Assembly: GCA_973895155.1 (NCBI GenBank)
Contig: OZ316899.1
Span: forward strand, 8,001,241-8,065,240
Direction: 5' to 3'
Origin: Marsupella aquatica
Lineage: Eukaryota; Plantae; Marchantiophyta
DNA length: 64,000 bases
The notes beneath the pieces are model-generated. The model was not told the origin of the DNA, searched no databases, and was given only the letters and a program-made list of their open reading frames with translations. Both the position numbers and the translations under genes were made by a program. This document shows, piece after piece, positions 50,365 through 61,300 of the stretch. Within the stretch, counting starts at the first letter, position 1, and every line of letters starts with the position of its first letter.

Positions 50365-53300
50365 TTATAGGGTGGTGGGATGGATTACTCGAGTTTGTGG
50401 TTTCACAAATATCAATCTGTTTTCACCGAGTGAATCATAATGTTAGCGAGGTCCATAATGGTAACTTTTATGGTGTTTGAGTTTGTTGTTTATGGCTAGC
50501 GATCTCTCTAGTCTTAGGAAGTCTGCTACATCCTGACAGAAACATCCGACTTCCAGCCGTGTTAACCTATCTACAAGTATGTATAGAGTTCACGGTTTGA
50601 TCATTAAAATGACGCCAGTTTTTTGCTAGCAAGATTGCTAGTCTGATCAACTTAGGATGTGTTCTTGGGCGGGAAGTGTTCCCTGAAGTTGTTGCGGTAA
50701 TACTCTGTCTAATTGATTATCTAAGATGAACACATCGAAGATTGATCTGAAATGTAGAGGCAGTTTTATACTAGCGATATCGCTAGTCGGGGAAGGGTCC
50801 AACTATGACTCCCAAATAAACGTACTATGTACAAAATGACATTCCAGAGCAACACATAGAAAGGAAAGGAACACCCAAACTTTACTTCTCATACATATTG
50901 AAAGTACATGAGGACATGTGATTTGCTTGTAACTACAAAAATTTCAGTAAACCCACAATCTGACTCTCCCCTTAGGGGCTGGCCGCCTTCCATGCATCGG
51001 AGTCAGTGTCTGACTCAGAATTGTAATCCGAAGAGGCGAGGCGTTCCTCAGTCCAATAGTCATAGATCTCCCTCTCAATCCAATACTGCTCCTCTTCTGC
51101 GAGCCTCTTCCTCTTCGATACAACCTCGCGCTGTGTGGTATCCACCTTTGGCTTCGGTGGAGACTTCGCTGCTGGAATTAACTTTGGAGGAGTCGGTGTT
51201 CTCCTCAATGATGATGACGATCCAATAGATTGACCGAGTTCAGTTGGGACACTGCTATCTACGGAGACCTTCACAGTCTCTGCATCGGGTTTCTACGTCG
51301 GAGGAGAGTCATCTTCTAGCGGGCCATCCGTCGCCGGGTTGTAACGACGGATCTCAAGTTGCCATTTCCCCTGAGGAGGATTGCTTGGAACCCCTGACAT
51401 TTCTCTGCACTTACGAAACCCAAACAATGATTAAGAAGAACGACATTCAACAAATGGAAACACTATTCACGATGAAATACGATGAATGTCATGCCTTGTC
51501 GGAGAGTGATTCTCTAAAAATAGCTCAGAACCATAGACCCGCGCTAACCTGATCTGGATCTCGAGTACTTGGAACACTGATAGCAGTTCCGAATGAAAGA
51601 GCTTGAGTTGGACGCGGTGGAAGTGATCGGAAGAATGATTCGGAAGACTGGTGGTTTTTGGGTGAGCGGCTTTGTTTAAGTGGACGGTTCGCCGCCTTGG
51701 ATTCGCCTCTGGTTCGAACGGTAAGTGTCCCGTTCACTTGCAAGTGACTTAATTAGTGTCCAAACGGCCTTAATCCTCTTTTCCTTGACAGTAATGACAC
51801 GTGGATTCTTTTCACGCGGGAATTGCGCAATACTTTTTCATTATTACTCTTCCTCGGCTGGGAATTTTCACATGTGGAAGCCTGTACGTGGAGACCGTAC
51901 CTCGTTTGAGTGGCTCAATGTGATGGCGTCATTAGACTAGCGATTTTGCTGGCCTGAAGAAATGTCATTTTAATTGGTCGGAAATGGATCTAGTGCGTTC
52001 ACGGGACTAGAATCGTCCATGGGTAGCCGTCAATATTTACTGATTGAACTGGGTCTCCATGCTAGCGAGGAATATTCCAGACCTTTTTTGGGCCCCAACA
52101 CAAGGTGAAATCTTGCCCGTGCGAGCAAAAATTCTACTGTTTGCTCGCACGTTACAATTACCCGGATCCGGCTTGGAGACCTTTGTTAGATTACCTTGGC
52201 TGAAGCAAAAAGTGCCGGATTTGGACTTGCTGGAATTTGTGGGATCATGGGATCACAATTTGGATGCAACCAAGGTATACATGAGGGTATTCTATCTCAC
52301 TCCCAAGGTGATTGCCAAGGTATTTGGCTTGCAAATAGGCAATAAGACCAAGGTGGACTCCGGGAAGAACCTGCTAGATAAGGACTTCTGATCGTTCCCT
52401 GGGCCATCCAACAAAGAATGACTTCTTTTGGAACACCTGCACCAACCCGCACATAGGGAAAATTGTTGAATTCCTATGGGCAACCTTGCATTGCAATATG
52501 GCAAGGCCGGAGATTGGCAAGGCACAAGCCTACCTTAAAGAGAGACCAGACCCAAGTAGGGACTACAACAGGTACCTCCTCACCCAATTGACAAAGATCT
52601 TTAAGGAGGAACAAGTAATAGGCTAGGGGAGCATGTCCTGGCTTGGTTATCACATACCGTTGTTATGTCGGTACGCCCAAAGTCAGACCTTCACGCCCGT
52701 ACTTCCCTTATAGGCAAGAGCACTAGAAGGGGGGTTGGAAGAGAGGCTGGCAACAAAGGAACCCAAACTGATTGGCAGCCTTACTATCCAGCAGCGGTTC
52801 ATGCCAAGAAAGCAACCAGCCATGGAGAGCTTGGCACAAATGTTGTAGAAGGAGAAGCTGGCAGTTGCGGTACAGGTGCCGGTGCAAAACACCGTTACAA
52901 AGGTGGGCCCAAGACGACCAACAAGGGAAGATCCCTTTGCCGGGGCCACGGAAAGAAGGAGGCCAGTGCAAGAACAAGGAGTGCGGATGTACGTGGGAGG
53001 CTTGGAATCAGAACCCAAGGAACGGGGTCCGAGATCCCAAGTCTCAGTGAAGAGAGGGAGAAGCAAGTATGGGCGCAAAATCCAAAGCCAACCGTATGCT
53101 CCTTCCAGCAGGAGGACACCTTTACGGACAGTCAAGGGGAAGACAAGGAGGAACCTGAACTCCACGCCGGAAGGGTAGGAGTGGAGGACTACAAGGATGA
53201 GGACTTTGGCTACAACAAGGATTGCCCCGTACCAGGGGTTAGGAGTTTTGGCCAGTTCATTCCCACACTTCCGAGAGTGGTCCATGGGGACCCGGAGCAG

Positions 53301-56264
53301 CAGGTAAGCCCTGAGTCTCCCCCACTAGAGGTCCCTCCTCTGGATTTCAACCGAATGAAGCAAGCCGCACAAGAGCTACAGGAGCGACTCAGGGATCTGG
53401 CTGAAGCAACCCAAAACCAGGAGAAAGACTTACCGGGGGGAGGGTGGCCAAGAGACATCCAGCGGCATACAAAAAGACAAGCCAATCCGATGCCCACTTT
53501 TGACAAGGTTAGAAAGGAGGCATGGGAACAGAGGTTGTGATGGCAAATGCCGGTTTTTCCTGGACGCTCCACGTATGCACATTGCCGAGCCATGGAGTAC
53601 GGGAAGATGTAGGGTGCTTGCCCTAGGCATCTTTGGAGCAGAGTTGGAGATGGGGCTGTTTATCCAAAAGGAGGTATTGGATAAAAGCCGTTTGGAGGAA
53701 GTGGTGGTTTTGGAGAGGATGAAGAAGGAAGAAGTCATCCAGCGGCTTAGAAGGGAGGAAGCCAAAATGGGAGACATAAAGGCAGCCAAGCAGACTCAAG
53801 AGGAGCTGCTGGTTAGAAAGCATGAGCTGGGTATCATACAGGGGCAGCTGAGTAGGGCCAAGGCTGAGAACCAATTAATCAAGAGTAAACTCGCCCAAAC
53901 CCAAGGGCAATTGGCCAAAGTGCTCAAGGAAAAACAAAGCCAAGAGTAGAGGATACATGAGTTGAAGGAGGCCGGGCAGGCCGGGCAGGCCAACATTGCG
54001 ATCTACAATAAGGCCATGGGGGATGCAGCCTAGAGGATGGAGAAGGCATTGAAGGGAGAGTTGGATGATCTTTGCGAGGACTATCAGCAAAAGTGTGTCA
54101 ACTATGACAAAACCTACAAGGCCATTGTTCTGCTGAAGGAGGAGCTTGCAACCCTGTTGGCCAATTTTCAAGCCAACCTACATAGGAAGGACGACATGCT
54201 CAATCAACAATACAAAAAGATGAATAAGATGGAGTATGATGTCGTCCACAAGCTCAAAAAGGAGCTGAAGGAAGCCCAAGAGGAGAAGGCGGCTTTACAA
54301 AAAGAGTTGGAGGACACCCGAGGGGAGTTGGATGAGACTCAAAAGGAGTTGGAGGACACCGTGCCAAAGGTGGAGAACTTGCAACGGTGGGCGGGCAATC
54401 AAATGGAGTGACTAAAGAAAATAGGCAAGGAAAGGAAGTGCCCGGCTCCACCAAGTAGACCCCCGCTGGTGACAACAAGGTAGCCAGGTGTGGTACTGGC
54501 CAAAAGACCAGCCGAGGTACCCTTACCCTTGCCAGAAGTAATGGGCAAAGGGAAGACGACGGCTGCCTTGGAAGGGAAGGACAAGAAGAAGCAAAAAACA
54601 TTTGGCTCAGGAGTCGCCACACTTCCTCAAGACACCATGGCTGAGGTAGAAAGCATGGCACCGGCCTTATGCAAAGTCGTGGCCATGAAGGTGGCAGTAT
54701 TAGAAGTTGGCCAAGAAGACCAGTTGGGAGCGGCCATGACAAGAACTGACTCAAAGTTGTCGGTCATTGATATTCATCAAACACAACCTTGGGAAGAGGA
54801 GACAAGCCTATGAGGAAGAAAATTACAAGGAGGGGGATGCCAACACTAACCAGGCCAATGTCGGGACTACAAGTACCGATGCCACAATAACGGTCCCACC
54901 ACTTTTGCAGGCTGGGACGATAGCTGAAACCAAACCCAAGGCCGAGGCCGGGGTCAGACCAGATAACGCCGAGTATGGGTTGATCTAGTTAGGAGCAGGT
55001 AATCTGTCTTAGGATGCAACATTGGCCAAAGAAGGAGAGTTAGGAGCGTCCATTGGGGACGAGCCACTACTGGCATGATGATGGTGGAGGGTTGTCCCTT
55101 TTAGGGAGGGCGGACATGGGGGAAGGAGGTGTGAGTGGGCAGGGTGGGCAAAGACCTCCAGGTTTAGGATTAGGATCAAAGCCAAGAGGTGGCCTTGACA
55201 CTTCGATTAGTGGGGATTGTGGATTCGCTGGTAAGAGCAACACTTGTGCTCTTGCCCCACTATACATAGGCGGATTACAGTTATGATAGATTTAGGCTTA
55301 TGTTGCAATGAGATGGTAGGTGTGCTACTAAGATAAATACCTGCACAACGGGGAGTTCAGGGGGTTTTTCTTAAGCAAGTTTTTAGTGCACCAGCAAGGC
55401 TGGGATCAATTAGTAAAAGAAGCTCTTGGTTAGTCATATAGTGGATCTTGTGTATATTCATGTTTCCTCATACTCATGAGCTGAATAGAGTTGGCCTTCC
55501 GACTTAGTTTGCAGATCTTGTGTATGAGAAGTACTAATTGTATGGATTGCACCGGTATCACTTAGTCAATAAGAGTCATTTTTCTATTTGTGTGTTGCGT
55601 CAACTTGTGTGAAGATTTCCCACACCAACTTCAAGAGAGAAAGGGAGTAAGAAAAGTTGTAAGAAGCAGTAAGAGTTGGATGTGTCGAGTTGAGAGAGGT
55701 CTTAGCGGCTACCCAAGCCAATTGGGCATCATTCTGGGGGCGGAATCCAAATATACCTGAAGGAAAAGCAGAAGGGGAAGAATAAGAGAGGCAGAGAGTA
55801 GGCTGGCAACATAACTCATGACTTGATGAAAGGATCTATCCAGTATATGTGGGTAAGAAGTTAGCAGCATCCCATGCCGATAAGCCATGGAACCAACCTT
55901 GGCAAGACCAAAACAGGTAGGAATCGGCTTGCTAAGGGGGGTTCTTGGGGTTAAAGGGCCATGGGACACACCACACTTATGAAAAAATTTGAAGTCTTGC
56001 ACAATGCTCCGTGAAACTAGCCAAAGGAATGACTTTGGTTAGCTTATAAGCAAGATTGAGGTTTTCATCAATCTTGATCAACTCAATCTCTTTCTTAGCA
56101 ACACCCTGCTTGAGAAAGTGATACTTGATATCAATATGCTTTACCCTACCATGTGTCACCTGGTTTGCCACACTATCATGTATAGCAATGTTGCTATCAC
56201 AATGAAGATCAACTTGTTCTTGTGGAATCCCCAAATCATGAGCCAATTTCCCCAACCAAATAGT

Positions 56265-57284
56265 TGTAAGAAACCATCAGCTCACGGACTAGACAACATG
56301 GCGGAATGTGAGAGCACTCAATCTCACACTACACCAACAAGACACCACAATGGAGAAACTCTTGAAAGATCCATAGCTTATGAGAAGTACATGGGAAGAA
56401 TGAGGGAGAGAGCGCTCTCCCTTCAACCTATACCCCCCAAGGGGCCAAGAAGTGTGGGCCTAATCTAAGCGGATCTCATCCTAATGTAATCCAGGGTTAA
56501 CTAACCCTAGTAAGGCCAAACTAACTAAGCTGGGAACTCAAGTCAATTCCTCCTTCATTTGGAGGGTGATTGTTGGGGGTCTGTTCACGGGTGAGAGGGC
56601 TCTTAGAATTAAAGCTAGTAACGGTGAATGCAAGTATTGCAGTGGGCTGCTGGAGTTGATGCCACATCTGTTCGTTCAATGGAGGTTTGCTATCAGGTGC
56701 TGGCAGATGTATAGGGATGTGCTTGGGACTCTGTGGGTGCCTTTCGGAGTTGGTCTGCTGCCCCTGTTGGATGATTCCCTGGGGAAGGAAGTTACTCATT
56801 ATGTGAAGCTGTTTATGCTTTACCAAATGTTGTGGATGATCTGGAGGGCCCGTAATGATCATATGTTCCAGGCCGGTGCTGGTAGGAAATTTGATTTTGG
56901 TTTGGTGCTCACTGAGACGGCAGATCACTTGTTTGCTGTGGGCTGCCGTTTTCCGCTTGGCAGCGTCATGCCCGGGTGAGCCGGGCCGGCGAATGGCTTG
57001 CTTTTCATCGTCAGGATTGGTTTCGGGCTGGTCGGCTTCGCTTTGGTGGTGGCGTGGTGTGATGTCTTTTGGCGCGGTAGTGTCATTGTTAGCTGCTCAT
57101 TGGTTTTCTTGGGCTCCCAGGGGCCCTGTTGGGGATGTGGGGCTGCTGGGGTGTGTTGGCCCCGGACTGTTGCCCCTGCTGTGTTGTTAGGTTCTGGCTG
57201 CATTGGCCTTTGTTGTCCCCCCCTATCCGTGGGGTTTCACGGTATTAAAATTTATAAAAAATCCATTCCAAGGAATTCCTAACA
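56265..57284. mobile_element. Solo LTR (~300 bp) containing an L1 fragment
   Basis: TGTAAG..CTAACA with TSD ATAGT at 56260-56264 and 57285-57289. Confidence 0.85.
56551..57261 (+). mobile_element. 5'-truncated L1-type LINE (ORF2 C-terminal zinc finger, 3'UTR, A-rich tail)
   Basis: CKYC..HLF..W and LWMIWRARNDHMF. GT-rich 3'UTR and tail ATTAAAATTTATAAAAAA. Possible TSD TC(A/C)ATTCC. Confidence 0.75.
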
Positions 57285-58264
57285 ATAGTCTCATTTGTTG
57301 CCTCTACTGTTGCTACATACTCAGCTTTAGTAGATGATTGAGATATGCACTTATGCTTTGTGGATCTCTAGCTCTCACATCCTCTTGTCAATGTGAAAGA
57401 ATACCCTGTTGTAGACTTTTGTTGATCCAAAATTTGGAATGGTAATGAAGGAAGTTGGTGAAAATATTATACTTTAAAACTTTTTGAACAATCTAGAAGT
57501 TACTCAAAACACTATATAAGCAACCTCTTAACCCATTTTGACCCTTAAAGAAGACTTGTGAAGGGAAGCAAAGAAGTAAGCATTTTCATGGAATAATTGC
57601 TTTGGACAAAACCCGATTCTCCTCAAGATTTTGTCACCTGCTTGTTAAATCATTTTACACCTCTTTTCCTATTCAATCTTTTCTACTAGATAAATAGAAT
57701 TAGATACCAAGTGACTTTTCTAAGTCACCCATAGGAATTAGATTTAGAAAGGTTTTAGTTTCATCCCACCTTGTAGTTTTCCAATCTTAGATAAGAATAG
57801 GTTTTTTAGGCCCTTTCACATCTCCAAACTCATGAGGGAGCTTTACTTATGGACTCCCAAGGAAAATATTGATGTCACTTCTTCTTGATTCATCTTTGAC
57901 TAATATGGGTCTTTCTCTTATGCCAATTTGGGCTTAGGAGAGAGGATTGAATGAAGAGGATGTGTACCACCATTGTTAAATTTGTCATTTTCATTCACTG
58001 TTGTTAATACAATCTTGGAATGGATGTGGAAAATAGATTTGGTATGGATGCATTAAAGATAAACTTCAAAATCTAGCATGTCGGGAATTTATGAAGTTTC
58101 TTGATGTAAAATTGACCTCCCTTAGAGTATATGGAAGTCATAGACTAAAGAACACCAAATGTCTATTGAGAAGAGGAACAATTTAATGTCAACCATTTAA
58201 AGAAAATCTAAGTAAGAATCATTTCAGTATTTTATGTGTTGAAGATTGTAAAGAAATCGTTTAA

Positions 58265-58396
58265 TGTTATAACATGTATATTAAACCCTAGTCAACTACC
58301 TGAGGTTAGGGAGCAGTTACATAACCTCCCAACAATGTTGCCTATATATACCTTTCCAGGAATAACATAACGAGTCGGTATGTTGGTGAACACTTG
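58265..58396 (+). repeat. Probable fragment of a Bianca-like LTR
   Basis: TGTTATAA..AAACCCTA..GTTACATAACC appears in the same order as in the reverse complement of LTR 13568-13726. Confidence 0.45.
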
Positions 58397-61300
58397 TGTT
58401 ATAGCACATTCTCAGCACGACTCAGTAATGGGGAAACTTTTTTCAACAACTAAGATTGGGAATAATTTCGGAGAGTTTGCCGAAGCAATGCTTCCCAGAA
58501 ACCGATATATTTGTCTCCGTTGAAGAAGTACCCAGATACCTCTGCTGGTCGGTAAAGCTCGCTCTGAGATGGGTAGTCAAAGTTAAGGATGTAGTGGTGT
58601 CGTCCTGCTAGGCGGATGGCTCTCTCGTACTCGCGTTCGATTTCGTATCGGCGCGGGTTGGCGTGTTTCAATGAGTCGGCCAAGTGTCTTCTGGTAGATA
58701 GGAACTGCGTCCAGAATCGAATGACCGAACTGGAGAGGATCGTGTGTGACATTCAGAGGAGATAGTAGTGGCGACTTAGAGCGAACGAGAGAGCTGGGGT
58801 CAAAGCTGGCGCGTGGACTGATGGACTGGTGCACTCCAAAGGGTCAGCTCCCTTTTTATACCTTGAGGGCTTGTCGATCCCCCGACATCTCCTCGTTGCC
58901 TATAGGCTGAACCGTTCACGTTTGTAGTGTACCGGCCACTCCGCCGGTCTGAGTCACCGCGTGTCAGTGGACGCCTCCCGAAGTTTGTTATACGGACCAG
59001 AGGGAGGGGCCCCTCCACGCTCGTAACCCGAGCGTGCGAATGGCGACGCGCCGCCAGCCCGAACATGAATTCCCCTTATTGACTAATGATTTCCTACTCA
59101 TAATGGCTACCTAAATACTGTCGTTATGCTAATCATAGCGGCCTAAGATACCCCTAACGTGCATGCTAGGCACGGTTTAGACCGAATTACTCATTACTCG
59201 CCGTACCGGCGACGTCACATAGCTCCCTGCTTAATTGTGAAGCGTCCTCGCGAACATCACTCTCGGCATCGTCGTCTTGATGGTGGTACTTCTTTACACG
59301 ATCGTAACTAACTCGCGTGGGGAGTAAATCGCCGGCGTACGTCGCAAGCTCCAAAGATCCGTTAGGGTAGATCTGATTGACTAGGAAGGGCCCTAACCAA
59401 CGGCTATGAAGCTTCCCTGGAAACTGCATGTACCTACTATCGTACAGAAGGACTAGATCGCCTGTCACGACATCGACCTTCCGTAGTCTTTTGTCGTGCT
59501 GTTTCTTGGAAGTTGCCTGCTTCATTACGGCGTGTCGAGCTGCTAGTAGCCGTGCCTCTTCCAAGGCTTCAATCTGATAAGCTCGGTCTGACAAACTTTC
59601 AGATTCAGGTAAGCGATCCCGAATGCTGACCCGTGGAGTGTGTACTTCAAACTTGACGGGCACCAACGAATGTTGGCCGAACACGAGAAAGTACGAGCTG
59701 TGACTCGTAGTAGTTTTGTAAGCTAGATTATACGAGTACACCGCTGCGTACAACTTATCATCCCAATCCGTTTTGTGCACAGCTACAATTTTGTTGAGGA
59801 TCTTCCCAATGATACCATTTGCTCTCTCTGTCATCCCGTTGGCTTTAGGATGATACGGGGTAGTCTTGCGGTGCTTGACTAGATAACGCTCCGTAAGTTG
59901 GGCTACAGTGTCATTGAGGAAGTGTGTTCCACGGTCGCTTACCAACTCTAAGGGTGGTCCGAACCGGGTGAAAATCTGTTCATATAAGAACCTGGCGCTG
60001 GTTGCAGCGTCGTCCTTCACCGTAGCCCGTGCTTCGACCCACTTGGTGGAGTAATCAATAGCTAGCAGGATGTACCTGCATCTTCGTCTTCGGGTAATGG
60101 GAGTAAATGGCCCGATATAATCAATACCCCACTTTTCGAACGGTGCTAATGGAAGCACGGACGTGAGAGGGTGATGATGAGCTCGTCTCGGGGCCCCAGC
60201 CCGCTGACACAGGTCACAGCCCTTGATGAAGCATTGTACATCCCGATGCAACGTAGGCCACCAATACCTGGAGTCCAGAATCTTTCGAGCTGTTGTGATA
60301 GCCGCGAAATGGCCTCCAGCTTCTTCTTCATGCAAGGCCCGCATCACGATAAGCATCTCCTTATACTCCAAGCAGCGTCGTAACTTCCCATTAACTCCTT
60401 CCTTATGTAGGTGACCCTGTACCATGACGTAAGGCCCGGCTTTCCGTAAAAACATAGTGGCGGCTTCCTGATTGATGCCGTCAGGGATGCGGCCTGTTAA
60501 GAGGAAGGTGACTATTGAGCCGTACCACGTTGGCGTCCCCGCCCCTATGTGGAACAACTCCTCATCCGGAAAAATATCATCAATTGGCTGATCGACTGGT
60601 ACGCCGTCCAGCCGTGAAAAGAAGTCGGCATTGAGGTGTGCCTTTCCGGGCCGAACCCGAACTTCATAGTTAAATTCCTGGAGAAGTAGCATCCACCGGG
60701 CTATCCGTCCAGTCACGTCCACTTTGTTGACCATGTACTTCAGGCTATCATGATCCGTGTGGAATATGACCTTGTAGCCTAGCAGATAGTGTCGGAACTT
60801 TGTACACGAGTAGATTATTCCCAGAGCTTCTCGATCAGTGGGGGAATAATTCTTTTTGGCTGTGAATAATTGACGGCTAGCGAAGTAGATGGGGTGGTCG
60901 CGTCCGTTCTCATCAAGCTGACTGAGCACGGATCCAATACAGAACCCTGACACATTGACATACACGTGGAACTCCTTATTCCAGTCCGGAGTGACCATGA
61001 TAGGTGCGGTGGTGAGTCTTTTACGGAGTTCTTCGAAAGCAATCCGTCTCCTGGGTGTCTCCTCGATCACCGCGTCCTTTTTCATCATCTCAGTCAAGGG
61101 CAACACTATTTTAGCAAAGTCTTTAATAAACCAACGGGTATACCCTACACAGCCCAAGAAGGATCGTACCGCTTTTTGATCTACGGGAAACACCACCGCC
61201 ATCCAGGCCGTGACCTTCTCTTGGTCCACCTCGATACCCCGTTTGGACACACGATGCCCAAGTAACACTCCCTCCTCTACCCCGAAAAAACATTTAGCGG

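Larger units (their letters stand above)
37222..52163. mobile_element. Mutator-like element (MULE), ~10.3 kb excluding the nested LTR insertion
   Basis: 9-bp TSD GGATCTGGC (37213-37221) / GGATCCGGC (52164-52172); the empty site in the paralog is GGATTCGGC (~2746). Imperfect TIRs GAGGTATTCTATTGTGCGAGCAAACAG / GGGTAATTGTAACGTGCGAGCAAACAG. SWIM-type transposase inside. Confidence 0.92.
36208..55975. mobile_element. Second, diverged copy of the 4.7-kb element (36208-37221 plus 52164-55975), split by the Mutator-like insertion
   Basis: Collinear similarity to 1747-6460 (e.g. GIREAINHCNDKHWDLKGST, FVRLPWLK, terminal CCATGGGACACACCACA). The left boundary is approximate and no matching TSD is seen (CTAAG vs CTTAT). 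Confidence 0.8.
55977..58260 (-). pseudogene. Heavily decayed Ty1/copia RT-RNase H fragment, split by a solo LTR
   Basis: QSSTKAEYVA (right of the solo LTR) joins WLGKL..LHCDSNIAI..RVKHIDIKYHF..LTK (left). The right boundary is approximate. Confidence 0.75.
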
